This document shows, in pieces, positions 1 to 9,797 of a DNA stretch of 64,000 nucleotides. Position numbers and translations under genes: made by a program. How positions within the stretch are numbered: position 1 is the first letter of the stretch; every line of letters starts with the position of its first letter. Under the pieces are notes generated by a model that made no database searches, was not told where the DNA came from, and worked only from the letters and a program-made list of their open reading frames with translations. The stretch is from a virus: positions 96,001-160,000 of IMG/VR virus record IMGVR_UViG_3300009082_000016; one strand, 5' to 3'.

Positions 1-66
1 ACTCGTTGTGCCGGCGCACCTCTCGGAGCGCCTCCTCCAGCTCACGGTACCGGGTCAGTTCCGGGC

Positions 67-678
67 TCACTCGGGCTTGTTCTCCTCCGGCGGACCATCC
101 TGACGATCCACCCACTCCTGCTCGGGATCGGGCTCCGGCTCGTCGTTCTCCTCCTCCGGGTTCTGCTGCCGGTTCAACCCGCAGGACGCCTCCCTGACGA
201 CCTTCTTGAGCTCCTGCCCGACGGCCATGAACTTCTCCACCAGCTTGAGCTTCTCGCTCGCGTGGATGACCCGCTCCTGGATGGTGGACAGCGGGCAGCC
301 GAAGTCCAGCATCGTGAGGACCACCTGGTCGAGCTGGTTGTTCAGCATCTTCTGCACGAAGACGCAAGGCTGACGCGGGAGCCAGGTGAAGCCGCCGGCG
401 TCGCGCTCCTTGTGCGACTGGATGATGTCGAGCTCCTCCAGAATCTCCACCGGCGGGAGCTCGGCCGCCTTCATCTCGTCCAGGCACAGGGAGTCCGGAT
501 GCACGAGCCACGCCTCGGGGCGATTCCTGCGGTAGGTGTCGACCGCCGACTCCCAGGTCTGGTCCTTGTCCTTCATCTGCCAGAGCATCGTATCCCTGTT
601 GTCGCTCCAGATCCGGGCCCAGATCGTTCCCTTGTTGTCTTCCACGAACGACAGCTTCGACAACTCGTCGTACTTCAT
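67..678 (-). CDS. hypothetical protein, acidic C-terminus
   Basis: 203-aa ORF with GC3-rich codons, co-oriented with neighbours. Confidence 0.7.
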   Translation of the reverse strand: MKYDELSKLSFVEDNKGTIWARIWSDNRDTMLWQMKDKDQTWESAVDTYRRNRPEAWLVHPDSLCLDEMKAAELPPVEILEELDIIQSHKERDAGGFTWLPRQPCVFVQKMLNNQLDQVVLTMLDFGCPLSTIQERVIHASEKLKLVEKFMAVGQELKKVVREASCGLNRQQNPEEENDEPEPDPEQEWVDRQDGPPEENKPE

Positions 679-691
679 GTTGATGTCCTTT

Positions 692-1417
692 CTACGCCCG
701 CAGCAGGCTGCGGAAGTAGTGCTCGAGCGCCGTACCCTTCGCCAGGTCGCGGGCCAGATCGTCCGCGAAGATGTACGCCGCCTCCTTGTTGTTCACCATC
801 ACAGCCTTCCAGAACCGGTCCTCGGCGCCCTGTTCGCCCTGCAGGACGGACTCGACCCGCGGGGCCATGTTCAGGCGCAGCACGCGATAGAGCACGTCGG
901 CCGCCTCGGGGGCGGTGATCGTGTCCGCGAACGTCTTGTCGTCCGCCACCCGACGCATCATCACCCTGCGAAGCTGGTTGTACCGCCAACCCAGGTGGGC
1001 ACCGATCGAATCGTACGTCCCGGGGTAGGTGTGGTTGTCGACCATGAGCCGGCGCGGAAACTGCCGGTTGCAGTTCACGCAGACCACCCACTGCTCGGGG
1101 CGACGTCGAGGGCCCGTCGACGGAATCTTCGTGAAGGACCGGGTGGGGGGCAGGAAGACCTCGTTGCAGTACGGGCAGGTCTTCATCAGCTCGTCGATAT
1201 TCTTGCGGACGATGCCCGTCTGATCGGGCAGGGACGCCGAGCCGGTGAGCCAGAGGAAGGACCGGACGAACACGTTGATCTGGTTGTCCGGTTTCTCGTA
1301 GCGCCAGATCTCCAGCATGAACGGGGCCCGCTCCTTCTTGAACTTGGCGAGCGGGCGCTGGACGATCTTGCTACCTTCGTAGGTCTGGACCCACTCCTGG
1401 CTCGGCGTATCAGTCAC
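692..1417 (-). CDS. hypothetical Zn-ribbon protein
   Basis: CPYC...CVNC pairs; coupled to upstream gene. Confidence 0.7.
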   Translation of the reverse strand: MTDTPSQEWVQTYEGSKIVQRPLAKFKKERAPFMLEIWRYEKPDNQINVFVRSFLWLTGSASLPDQTGIVRKNIDELMKTCPYCNEVFLPPTRSFTKIPSTGPRRRPEQWVVCVNCNRQFPRRLMVDNHTYPGTYDSIGAHLGWRYNQLRRVMMRRVADDKTFADTITAPEAADVLYRVLRLNMAPRVESVLQGEQGAEDRFWKAVMVNNKEAAYIFADDLARDLAKGTALEHYFRSLLRA

Positions 1418-2271
1418 TTCCGCTTCTCCGGGTTCTCCAGCATCTCGCGGGTGATCTCACCCGTCTTCGACATGTCGATGCCGGGCACGTAGCAGGCGCC
1501 CTCGGGGTTGAACAGCACGACCTTGGTCACGCGCCCGTACGGGTCGAGCGGCACACGCCACTTCCCGTCGTCCCCCTGCGTCATGCCGTGCCGCTGGCGA
1601 TACATCTCCCGCGCCTTCTCGGTCGCCAGCCGGTTGGCCTCCTCGAGGTCGGAAGCCGAACGCTGCAGCAGGTCGACCTCCTTGTGGATGTCCCGCCTCG
1701 GCGCTTCGGGCCGCGGCGGCATCTTTGCCTCGGGCTTCCAGGCCACCCGCCAGACGTGCTTCACCTTCCCGTCGGTGTCGTCGACGAAGTAGACCTTCGC
1801 CACGTCGAGCGCCCGGCCCGACGCCAGCAGGCCTTCGACCACGTCCTTCCACGGGAGGGTGCCCTTGGGCAACCCGTAGACGATCTGCTCGCCCGAGTCG
1901 ACCGCCTCGACCATGAACACGTTCATCACGTCGTCGAAGCCGGGGCAGGGGACGACCTCATGCCCGTCGAGCGCCTTGGGATCTTCCTCCGGCGGGCCGG
2001 GGCGCTGGTAGCCCTTGAGCGCCTCCAGCAGGTGCGACGGGTGGAACACGGACAGCCGCCAGGTGAAGGTCGGCCGACCGTTGCGCCCCATCGTGATCTG
2101 CTTGGCGATCTCGAGGCCGCCCATCGCGCCGCGGCGGATGAACTTCACCCAGTCCGTCTTCGGCTTGGGGAATCCCAGGATCACGGCCATCTGGTTGTCG
2201 GCCGTGTGGCCTGTGATCCGCATCAGCAGCCCGAGGGACTGCAGCTGCTGGGGCGTGATCTGCGCCTTCAT
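1414..2271 (-). CDS. hypothetical protein
   Basis: Start MKAQITP overlaps upstream stop (TGATG). Confidence 0.65.
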   Translation of the reverse strand: MKAQITPQQLQSLGLLMRITGHTADNQMAVILGFPKPKTDWVKFIRRGAMGGLEIAKQITMGRNGRPTFTWRLSVFHPSHLLEALKGYQRPGPPEEDPKALDGHEVVPCPGFDDVMNVFMVEAVDSGEQIVYGLPKGTLPWKDVVEGLLASGRALDVAKVYFVDDTDGKVKHVWRVAWKPEAKMPPRPEAPRRDIHKEVDLLQRSASDLEEANRLATEKAREMYRQRHGMTQGDDGKWRVPLDPYGRVTKVVLFNPEGACYVPGIDMSKTGEITREMLENPEKRK

Positions 2272-2489
2272 CAGTTCCTCCAGGTGTCGTTCGGAATCAG
2301 CGGAAACTCTCCGTAGGACCCAGGATAGTGGGCCCCGTTCGGGTTCTCCGTGAGCAGAGCGAGCACCATCTTCCGCCGGTAGGGAGGCCAGACCCGCATG
2401 AGCATCCGGCGCCACCACGGAAGCTGTTTGACCATGTCGCCCAACAGGCACTGCACCAGGTTCTCGTAGCCCTTGGGGATGCCCAACAT
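2271..2489 (-). CDS. small hypothetical protein
   Basis: 72-aa ORF with TGATG junctions on both sides. Confidence 0.55.
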   Translation of the reverse strand: MLGIPKGYENLVQCLLGDMVKQLPWWRRMLMRVWPPYRRKMVLALLTENPNGAHYPGSYGEFPLIPNDTWRN

Positions 2490-3010
2490 CAGTCGCTCCC
2501 TTCCAGCCGGATGGCGGCAGTGACTTCGCCGATGCTACCCCCGCGCCGCGGGCCGGCGCAGAGGAAGAGGGTGCCCTCCTCCAACTCCGCGTCCGCCACC
2601 ACCTCCCAGCCGAACGTCGTGCGCCCGTCCACGAGCCCACCCTCTCCCGGCCTGGGCAGCATGAGCAGCTCACACAGCTCGGCCTTCGAGTGGCAGAGGA
2701 AGTGGGTCGGGAACAGGCCGCTGCGATCGTAGAACGCCATCGCCACCATCAGCGCGTCGCGCCGGTTGGGGGCGGCGATGTGGCCCATGCCGAACCCCTG
2801 CCCGCCTGTGCGGATGCGCTCGAGCAGGTTGTCGCTGGGCAACGAGGGCATCGGCTCGAGCGGCGTGTCGTTCTCGATGCCGGTGCGGTGGACCTTCACC
2901 CTGCCGGGCTCGATCGAGATCCCGAACACCCCCTTCAGCTCCATCGCCCAGCGCACGATCACAAGGGCGTCGTCGATGCCGCGGTAGGGAACGTGGTCGC
3001 TGGTCGCCAC
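2489..3010 (-). CDS. hypothetical protein
   Basis: 173-aa ORF, coupled to next gene. Confidence 0.65.
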   Translation of the reverse strand: MATSDHVPYRGIDDALVIVRWAMELKGVFGISIEPGRVKVHRTGIENDTPLEPMPSLPSDNLLERIRTGGQGFGMGHIAAPNRRDALMVAMAFYDRSGLFPTHFLCHSKAELCELLMLPRPGEGGLVDGRTTFGWEVVADAELEEGTLFLCAGPRRGGSIGEVTAAIRLEGSD

Positions 3011-3020
3011 GGCTCCCCCC

Positions 3021-3305
3021 CTAGCGCGGGCGAACCGGGATGGGCTTCCCCACGAACCTGCCCGGCTTCAGGCTGAACACCATCGGCTTGCGCCCCATAC
3101 CCGGCCGCGGGTAGACGTAGGTGAACAGCTTGCGCTGCTTCACCATCTTCTTCACGTGCCGGCGGATCTTCTCCCGGCCGTACGGGGTGTTCATGCCCAG
3201 GTCCTCGGCGAGACCGATCGTCGTTCGCGTCCGACCGGCGCCCAGGGCCTTGACGATCATCTCGTCGTTCACGATGCGGGGAGTCCGCACCTGCTTCTTC
3301 TTCAC
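3021..3305 (-). CDS. basic winged-HTH-like DNA-binding protein
   Basis: TTIGLAEDLGM...IRRHVKKMVKQRKL followed by wing-like beta hairpin. Confidence 0.5.
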   Translation of the reverse strand: MKKKQVRTPRIVNDEMIVKALGAGRTRTTIGLAEDLGMNTPYGREKIRRHVKKMVKQRKLFTYVYPRPGMGRKPMVFSLKPGRFVGKPIPVRPR

Positions 3306-3697
3306 GCGGCACTCTCCTCGCCGACCATCGGCGCGTCATGGAAAATCTGCACCTTGGGGATCTCCTCGTCGACGAACAGGATGTCGTTCTCCTGCAAGAA
3401 CAGGTAGCCCTCGCCGACTTCCGCCTGCATGGCCTTCTGGGTGGCGGTGACCTCGTGGATGCGGACCACCTGGACCACGTCGCCCTCGGAGACGTCGTGC
3501 GGGATGACACGGTTCTTCCGGGTCATCCCGTAGCCCGTCGACACGATGACGGCGTAGTCCTCCGCCTGGATGTAGGTCTTCTGCGGCAGGTAGAGGGATC
3601 CCACCTTGTCGATGCGCGGGACCAGCTTCACCAGGATCCACTTCCCCAGCGCCCTCACGGGCGGGGCGTGGATGACGCTCGGGATGCGGCTGTCCAT
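3302..3697 (-). CDS. groES: co-chaperonin GroES-like protein
   Basis: VRALGKWILVK...GSLYLP...AVIVSTGYG...DVSEGDVV...YLFLQENDIL matches Cpn10 pattern. Confidence 0.8.
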   Translation of the reverse strand: MDSRIPSVIHAPPVRALGKWILVKLVPRIDKVGSLYLPQKTYIQAEDYAVIVSTGYGMTRKNRVIPHDVSEGDVVQVVRIHEVTATQKAMQAEVGEGYLFLQENDILFVDEEIPKVQIFHDAPMVGEESAA

Positions 3698-4021
3698 CTA
3701 CCGACCCTTCAACTTCGCCGGGATGCCGGGGTTGGGCCGGGGCGCGTCCGAGGGCGACTCGGTGCCGGGCACCGGAACCTGCCCGGGCTCCAGCAGGTCG
3801 GGCGCCACGCGCCGGATGAACTCCGTCTCCAGCTCCTTCGGCAACGTGCCGAACGCGGAGCCGCCGCTCTGCGCCTTCTCGACCCGGCTCTTGGAGATGA
3901 CGATCACCCGCCTGAGCGCCGGCACGAGCCCCAGCGTCGCGATCTGATCGCCCTCCTGGTCGTCCGAGACCGTGGCGTAGAACACTTTCACGTCGAACAG
4001 CTTCCCGAGCTTCATGGCCAT
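3698..4021 (-). CDS. hypothetical protein
   Basis: 107-aa ORF abutting GroES. Confidence 0.6.
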   Translation of the reverse strand: MAMKLGKLFDVKVFYATVSDDQEGDQIATLGLVPALRRVIVISKSRVEKAQSGGSAFGTLPKELETEFIRRVAPDLLEPGQVPVPGTESPSDAPRPNPGIPAKLKGR

Positions 4022-4067
4022 CGTGGGCCTCCTTTCGATCGCCCTCTATCGGGGTCGCATCGAAATG

Positions 4068-4472
4068 TCACTCGTCGTCGTCGGCGCTCGGCCCGAACCC
4101 GTCCTCGTCCACGTCCGTCTCGTCGGGCTCCGGGTCGGCGGGCGCCCCGCCCCGACTGCCAGCCGCCGCCATGGCCCGATCGACGTAGGTCGCCTCGGGC
4201 GGGGAGGCGGGCTCGGGATCGGCGACCGACCCGTCCGGCTCGGGGGCCAGCCCGTCCAGGACGCGGTCGAAACCGGGCGGGACGCCCTGCCCGTCCAGCC
4301 TGGCCGGCTGCTGAAGGACACCGCCGACCGCCGCCCAGACGGCGTCGAACGACTCCTTGGTGAGCTGGGCCTCGATGATGCCCCCGCTGTCCAGCTTCAG
4401 GAAGGCCACGTGGACCACGTTGCCCGTCGCCACGTCCCGGTGAACACCCAGTTCGACGACCTCGAGTCGCAT
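4068..4472 (-). CDS. hypothetical protein, acidic tail
   Basis: Start MRLEVV preceded by GGAGG. Confidence 0.6.
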   Translation of the reverse strand: MRLEVVELGVHRDVATGNVVHVAFLKLDSGGIIEAQLTKESFDAVWAAVGGVLQQPARLDGQGVPPGFDRVLDGLAPEPDGSVADPEPASPPEATYVDRAMAAAGSRGGAPADPEPDETDVDEDGFGPSADDDE

Positions 4473-4474
4473 CC

Positions 4475-4801
4475 CTACCTCCCCGGCCTCGGACGGGCCG
4501 AATCCTCGAACCGCTTCTCCAGCACGATCCGGATCTGCTTCAGTTCGGAGGCGATGACCTGCGCGGCCTGCTCCAGGGGCGTGGCCTCCGGCGTCTCCGG
4601 CTTCGGCAACTCCGGCGTGGCCGTCTCCGTCTCCACGAGCCCGAACGCCTCCTCCAGCTTGGCCATGCACTCCCCGAACGTCTTCAGCGTCTTGCGGACG
4701 TTGTCCCGGGTGTCCGTGCTGAACAAGACCCGCACCTGGGCGTACGAACGTCGCAACTCCTCGAGGGCTTCCTCAGCCTTCGTCGGGTCCTTCACCACCA
4801 T
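4475..4801 (-). CDS. coiled-coil hypothetical protein
   Basis: Start MVVKDPT after GAGGAGG. Confidence 0.55.
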   Translation of the reverse strand: MVVKDPTKAEEALEELRRSYAQVRVLFSTDTRDNVRKTLKTFGECMAKLEEAFGLVETETATPELPKPETPEATPLEQAAQVIASELKQIRIVLEKRFEDSARPRPGR

Positions 4802-5330
4802 CAGCGTCCTCCTCATCCGCCACCGAGCAGCGGGCCACGACGCAGTCGCCAAGTTCCTTCATGACCACGGCGACGCTCTCCACCAGCTCGGGGCTTCCCG
4901 GCTCGACGACCTTGAGCTGGATCAGGCGTTCGGCAAGGCCGACGCCCACGCGCTCGATGAGGTCGTCAAGTTCAATCATCTCGGGGGCGACAGGCTCCTC
5001 ATCTCCCCCCAGGCAGTACTGCAGAACACCAGAGGCCATGCGGCCGACCACGCGGGCGGTCACCATCCGCATCTGCTCTTCCTCGTCCGGGTCCACGATG
5101 CCCCAGCGAGCGAGGAAAAAACCAAGCTCATCCCCCATTTTCACGCTGAAGAACTGCAGGAGGTCCTGGGTGAGCTTGGACACCCTGTCCTCCAGCGTCA
5201 GGCCTTCGGACGCCACTCCCAGCAGCTGGTCCCGGTAGCCCTGCCAGGTGCAGACCTGGCACCGGCAGACCTCCATCCCAACCAGGATGGCACTGGAGAA
5301 GCAGCGGGGGCAGACGTTCGGGATGCTCAG
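4773..5330 (-). CDS. hypothetical protein with N-terminal Zn ribbon (start uncertain)
   Basis: CPRC...CQVC then helical region. Confidence 0.5.
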   Translation of the reverse strand: MSIPNVCPRCFSSAILVGMEVCRCQVCTWQGYRDQLLGVASEGLTLEDRVSKLTQDLLQFFSVKMGDELGFFLARWGIVDPDEEEQMRMVTARVVGRMASGVLQYCLGGDEEPVAPEMIELDDLIERVGVGLAERLIQLKVVEPGSPELVESVAVVMKELGDCVVARCSVADEEDADGGEGPDEG

Positions 5331-5704
5331 GTCGTCCGCTTGGCCAAGGCCTCCGCGTACTGCCGGCTCTGGAAGAGCGACGACCGCACAGGGGCGACCT
5401 TCACCGGCCCCATCTTGTACAGGAGCTCCAGGCGTTCCCGGGTCTTCTCGTCCTTCCGCTTCCGGTCCGACCCCAGCGACGGGTTCCGGGCTTCCATCCA
5501 CTCCTGGAACGTGTTCGCCGCCTGCCGTCCCGTCGAGTCGTAGTGCGACTCCACCCCCACCAACACCTGCAGGAGCTTCGCCTCGTTCCGGGCCTCCTGC
5601 ACCGCGAGAAGAATCCGCCATGCCGCACCATCCCTCAGCGGAGGCAGTCGGGGGGTCCTGTCGAAGAAGAGGTTGGCCAGGACCCACCCGGCCCGCGTCC
5701 GCAT
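5327..5704 (-). CDS. hypothetical; possible +1 frameshift extension of upstream gene
   Basis: Lies in +1 frame directly after CCC-TTT-TGA; no convincing SD. Confidence 0.55.
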   Translation of the reverse strand: MRTRAGWVLANLFFDRTPRLPPLRDGAAWRILLAVQEARNEAKLLQVLVGVESHYDSTGRQAANTFQEWMEARNPSLGSDRKRKDEKTRERLELLYKMGPVKVAPVRSSLFQSRQYAEALAKRTT

Positions 5705-5711
5705 CCACCGA

Positions 5712-6479
5712 TCAAAAGGGCGCGTCGGCCCCGTACGTCGCCCTCCGGATACGACCCTGGAACCAGAGGACGTTGATGTAGATGTCCCAGAGCATGACCC
5801 AGCTCATCTTCGCCATCTTGACGCACTCGGCGAAGATCTTCTTCCGGGCCTCGTAGTCGCAGTCGCCCGCCGGCAGCTCGGGGAACACCTTGTCCCCGAT
5901 CCGCACGACGCTCGCCGCCACGGTCAGCAGCGCCAGCGTCAGGTCGGAGTTGTTGGTGCCGGAGTACTTGCCCGCCTGGTACTCGCGGATGATCAGCTCG
6001 TCGTCGACGTGCGTCGACCGGAACTCGACCACCGGGCGCCCCTTCTCCTGCGGGCCCCAGATGTAGACCTTCTGCCGCCACTCCCCGCGCAGGATGTAGT
6101 CGGTGAAGTCGAGCTCGACCGGGTCGCAGCGGGCCTCGATCTTCTTCCGCCGGTCTTCCGAATCGAGGTAGGACATCCGCCGGGCGAACTCCACGTCCTT
6201 GATGCCGTAGGGGTTCTCCCGGATCGAGTCCTGCAAGCTGGCAAACGCATCCTTCTTCGACGGAAGGATGTCGTCCTTCTCCTCGGGCGACGTTTCGGGC
6301 GGGACGGGCGGGGGCGCTTCGGTGGACTGCGCCGCCTGCGCCGCCATCGCCTCGATGGCCTGCGCCTTCTCGGGCGAGATCACTCGCCCGCCAACAGGTC
6401 CCACCTTCTCCATCCCCATGGGGGGCATGCCGGGCTGCCTTCGGGTCGGGTCGCTCATGTCGGATTCTCCTTCCGACAT
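5712..6479 (-). CDS. putative tail assembly chaperone / baseplate-associated protein
   Basis: VVEFRST.VDDEL...LTVAASVVRIGD..FP...LWDIY..WFQGRIRR pattern resembles myophage TAC-like proteins; ends in shifty-stop site. Confidence 0.4.
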   Translation of the reverse strand: MSEGESDMSDPTRRQPGMPPMGMEKVGPVGGRVISPEKAQAIEAMAAQAAQSTEAPPPVPPETSPEEKDDILPSKKDAFASLQDSIRENPYGIKDVEFARRMSYLDSEDRRKKIEARCDPVELDFTDYILRGEWRQKVYIWGPQEKGRPVVEFRSTHVDDELIIREYQAGKYSGTNNSDLTLALLTVAASVVRIGDKVFPELPAGDCDYEARKKIFAECVKMAKMSWVMLWDIYINVLWFQGRIRRATYGADAPF

Positions 6480-6506
6480 GCCCCCTATCCGGGATGGTCC
6501 GAAACG

Positions 6507-6719
6507 TCAACTGACCTTCGTACGCAGGACCCCCGCGAGCAGGCTGAACAGGAGCAACGTGCCCCACACCTGCCAGAACGTGAGCGCCGGACCGCCCAGC
6601 ACGCTGACCCCGATCCAGTTCCAGAGCAGCCACACAGGCAGTACCAGAACGAGGCTGAGACCAAACGTAAGCGCGACCAGTCCCAGCACGATACCGAGAA
6701 CCGCGCGGATGAGTATCAC
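6507..6719 (-). CDS. small membrane protein
   Basis: Two hydrophobic helices, LTFWQVWG motif. Confidence 0.7.
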   Translation of the reverse strand: MILIRAVLGIVLGLVALTFGLSLVLVLPVWLLWNWIGVSVLGGPALTFWQVWGTLLLFSLLAGVLRTKVS

Positions 6720-6728
6720 GTTTTCCTC

Positions 6729-7700
6729 CTAGACGTCGATCAGCCGCCCCTTCGGCGGCGGCTCGTCCTTCTTTGACTTCTTCGGCTCGTCGGGCTCATC
6801 AGGGTCAGCCAGCAGCATCTTCTTCGCAAAGTCGATGCTGTCAAGCGGCGCCTTCTTCGGCACCGCCGCGGCCTTCACGACCTTCATCACGGCCTTGGTC
6901 GACAGGGACTCCGACGACAGCGAGACCCAGACCTTGTACATCGCCTCGACATTGGGGTCATCGTAGTTGTCGAGATTCACGCCGTCCTCCAAGCACGCCT
7001 TGACGAACTCGTCCATCTGGTTCTGGCCCAGAACCCCGCCCTTCTTCTGCGTGACCTTGGCCTTGACCGGACCCGCCGTCTGCAACACCGCGTTCACCAC
7101 GTCGGACGGCACCAGGATGGGGTCGTCCTTGATCGCCCCCCAGATGTTCAGCATCGCGAGTTTCTGGCTCGTGGAGTACAGCTGGAGCTTGATCCCGTTC
7201 TCCTTGCAGAAGCCGGCGAACGTGGTGCTGTCCTGCTGCCCGGTGACCGCCTCGATGACCGATTTCGCGCTGGCAGAGGGCATCTTGTACTTGGCTGCGT
7301 GCTTCAGGTAGATGTCCCGCATCCAGGTGGGCAACTCGCCGACGCCTAGCATGCTGGCGACCGTCGTGGGGAGGTCCGTCGCAGCCGCCCGGGCTTGATC
7401 CCAGTTGATCAGCTCCTCCAGGCACAGCGTCACCAGGGGCGGGCGCTGACTCGGCGCTATCCACTGCTTCCAGAACTCGGCCTCCGTCAGCACAATGGAC
7501 TCCCGCTTCTTGGCCGCGGTCAGCTTCGCGGCGCCCGGCTTGCGCCCCACGATGAGCAGGCTCGAGGTCGACCGCGGCTTGTCGTCCAGGTACGAGTCAT
7601 GGAGCTTCAGGAACCTGCCCATCATCTCGCGGGGGAAGATGAGCGTGCCGGTGATGCAGACGCTTCGCCCCGAGAGGGCCGTGATGGCTTGCCCGGGCAT
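6729..7700 (-). CDS. BRCT-domain protein
   Basis: LSGRSVCITGTL...LLIVGRKPGAAKLTAAKK..IVLTEAEF = ligase/RFC-type BRCT. Confidence 0.75.
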   Translation of the reverse strand: MPGQAITALSGRSVCITGTLIFPREMMGRFLKLHDSYLDDKPRSTSSLLIVGRKPGAAKLTAAKKRESIVLTEAEFWKQWIAPSQRPPLVTLCLEELINWDQARAAATDLPTTVASMLGVGELPTWMRDIYLKHAAKYKMPSASAKSVIEAVTGQQDSTTFAGFCKENGIKLQLYSTSQKLAMLNIWGAIKDDPILVPSDVVNAVLQTAGPVKAKVTQKKGGVLGQNQMDEFVKACLEDGVNLDNYDDPNVEAMYKVWVSLSSESLSTKAVMKVVKAAAVPKKAPLDSIDFAKKMLLADPDEPDEPKKSKKDEPPPKGRLIDV

Positions 7701-7969
7701 TTCTTCCTCCTTTCTTTCAGGGCGTCGATGGCCCGTGTGCAGAGGTAGTTGCGACAGATGGACGGCCGCTTGTTCCTGGGAAGAAGGCAGCCGCCCTCAC
7801 GAAGGAACAGGCACTCGGGCCTGTTCCAAGCCTCCTCGATCGTGCCCGTCCAACCCGCCTCGGTCTGCTCGCGCAGCTTCCGGCCGTACTCGAGGATGTC
7901 CTCCTTGAACAGGAAGACCCACTCGTCGTGCTTGCAGCACTCGCCGCAGCGGAATGGGCAGACCGGCAT
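7622..7969 (-). CDS. YkgJ-family Cys-cluster protein
   Basis: CPFRCGECC...CLFL...C......RPSICRNYLC. Confidence 0.7.
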   Translation of the reverse strand: MPVCPFRCGECCKHDEWVFLFKEDILEYGRKLREQTEAGWTGTIEEAWNRPECLFLREGGCLLPRNKRPSICRNYLCTRAIDALKERRKKCPGKPSRPSRGEASASPARSSSPAR

Positions 7970-7982
7970 CGGTACCGAAACC

Positions 7983-8492
7983 CTAGCGGTCGGACGATAG
8001 CAAGTCGGTGACGGTGATCTGTACGAACAGGTACTTGCGGGGGTCCGTCTCTCCCGACACCCAGCAGATCATCGTCTTCGCCCGCTGCTGGCAGAGGAAG
8101 TTGTCCGCGTCCGGCACGGCTACAGTGCCGACGTTCATCGGACTGCGCCGGATGGCCTTGAGCATCTCGATGCCCACGAAGTCGGCGGCCAACTCCCCCT
8201 CGGGCGACTCCGGTCCCGCCTGCGTGGCCTTTCCGACCTGACGCCAGTGGCCGCTGCGGAAAACCGCGCTGGAGGACATGAAAGTCTCCGGACCGCTCCG
8301 GCTCGTCGTCAGGAGCACGCCCGAAGCGACGGCCTCCACCGGCGCCGGGCACGTCGGGCAGACCTCGCACACCGGGCACGCCGGGCAGGTCGGGCACTCC
8401 GGGCAGGTCTCGCACACCTTCTCGGGCGGGCAATCCTTCGAGCAACCCGCGAACGTCACGAGCAGCACGAACAGCACCATGAATCGCGTCAT
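7983..8492 (-). CDS. lipoprotein with CPxC repeats
   Basis: Signal peptide with FAGC lipobox; CETCPECPTCPACPVCEVCPTCP. Confidence 0.7.
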   Translation of the reverse strand: MTRFMVLFVLLVTFAGCSKDCPPEKVCETCPECPTCPACPVCEVCPTCPAPVEAVASGVLLTTSRSGPETFMSSSAVFRSGHWRQVGKATQAGPESPEGELAADFVGIEMLKAIRRSPMNVGTVAVPDADNFLCQQRAKTMICWVSGETDPRKYLFVQITVTDLLSSDR

Positions 8493-8510
8493 TTTTTCCT
8501 CCTCCCAGCC

Positions 8511-8951
8511 CTACGCGGGCTCCGGGGCTGCCTTCGACTCCGGCAGACTGTAGCCGACGAACTTGATCTGTGTCTCGGAGAACTCGAGCTCCACGAACGT
8601 CCGGCCGGCGTTCTTGCCCAGCCAGTCCTTGCAGGTCAGAAGGCTGAGCCGCTCGGCGAAGTCGTCGCCACCCACAAGCTCGCGGGCGGTCCCGTGCCAA
8701 TCGGCATCCTTCTTCGGGTCCGTGCCTTGCGCTTGCGCGACGAACGAGCGGGCGTTCTTCTTGTCCTTCGTCTCCGGGTCTTCGAGCAGCCGCGGCTCGC
8801 CCGACGACATCAGGTAGATGCCATCGTCGTGGACCAGGAACAGCCCCGGCTTCCCCTTCTTCTCGCCGTACCCGCAGCGGTGCTTCTTCGACTTCTCGGC
8901 GTGCTCGATCAGCTTCTGGACCTGGGCGCGGTAGAACTTCAGGATGCTCAT
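8511..8951 (-). CDS. DUF3085-like protein
   Basis: LFLVHDDGIYLMS...A.G.DP...W......VGGDDFAE motif. Confidence 0.7.
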   Translation of the reverse strand: MSILKFYRAQVQKLIEHAEKSKKHRCGYGEKKGKPGLFLVHDDGIYLMSSGEPRLLEDPETKDKKNARSFVAQAQGTDPKKDADWHGTARELVGGDDFAERLSLLTCKDWLGKNAGRTFVELEFSETQIKFVGYSLPESKAAPEPA

Positions 8952-9057
8952 CCCTTCTCCTCCTTCTTCTGCTGCTCACGGGACATCGTGATGAACCGGG
9001 ACATCACCCGCTTCGCCGCCTCGTACAGCGGCTTGGACATGGCCTTGAGGACGATCT

Positions 9058-9255
9058 TCACGGCGTCACCACAGCCCTGGCATGGCAGTAGGCGCACGTC
9101 CAGGTGTTGCCGGCGTCAGGGCCGTGAACCGTCTCGAGGCACTCGTTCCCGCTCTCCAGGTAGTTGCCCGCGGCGTCCACGGTCCATTCGTGCAGCTCGT
9201 GGACGACCGTCCGGAACTTGTCGTGGTCGGGGTTGTTGGGGCAGACGGCCTTCAT
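9058..9255 (-). CDS. small Zn-ribbon protein
   Basis: CPNNPDH...WTCAYC; TGATG coupling. Confidence 0.6.
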   Translation of the reverse strand: MKAVCPNNPDHDKFRTVVHELHEWTVDAAGNYLESGNECLETVHGPDAGNTWTCAYCHARAVVTP

Positions 9256-9797
9256 CAGTTCACCCCATCCGGATTGTTCTTCTTGGTTACGTCCGTCAGC
9301 TCCGCCAGCTTCGCCGCCTTCGCCGCCTCGAACAGCGTCTGGCCGATCGTCTTCAGCCGCGACGACTGGTCGTAGAGGTCGACCAGCACCTCGTGGACGT
9401 GGGCGATCAGATCGTGCATCAACACCGGGCCGTGGATGCGGACCATCGTGCGGACCAGGGTGAGCGCGAAGCTGAGCATGCGATCGGGATTCGCCTCCAG
9501 CAGGGAGAGCGCCCACTGCTCGACCTTCGGCTCGCCCAGGAACATGGTGAGCACCATCCCGTACTCCTTCCGGTTCATCGATTCGAGCATCCACGGCGGT
9601 GCCATCGCCATGCTCACGATCGAGATACCGCCGTTGGCGTCCAGGAACTGCTGGGTCGCTGCCTTCTCGGCGTCCGGAAGATCTCTCAGCTGCTTGATGA
9701 CCGAATCGAGCCGCACGTTGTTGTCCAACAACGTGCCCAACAGCTGGACGAGGAGGATCCGCGCCCGCTCCGACAGCTGCTTCATCTCATCGCCCAC
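9255..9797 (-). CDS. hypothetical helical protein
   Basis: 180-aa ORF. Confidence 0.6.
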   Translation of the reverse strand: MGDEMKQLSERARILLVQLLGTLLDNNVRLDSVIKQLRDLPDAEKAATQQFLDANGGISIVSMAMAPPWMLESMNRKEYGMVLTMFLGEPKVEQWALSLLEANPDRMLSFALTLVRTMVRIHGPVLMHDLIAHVHEVLVDLYDQSSRLKTIGQTLFEAAKAAKLAELTDVTKKNNPDGVN

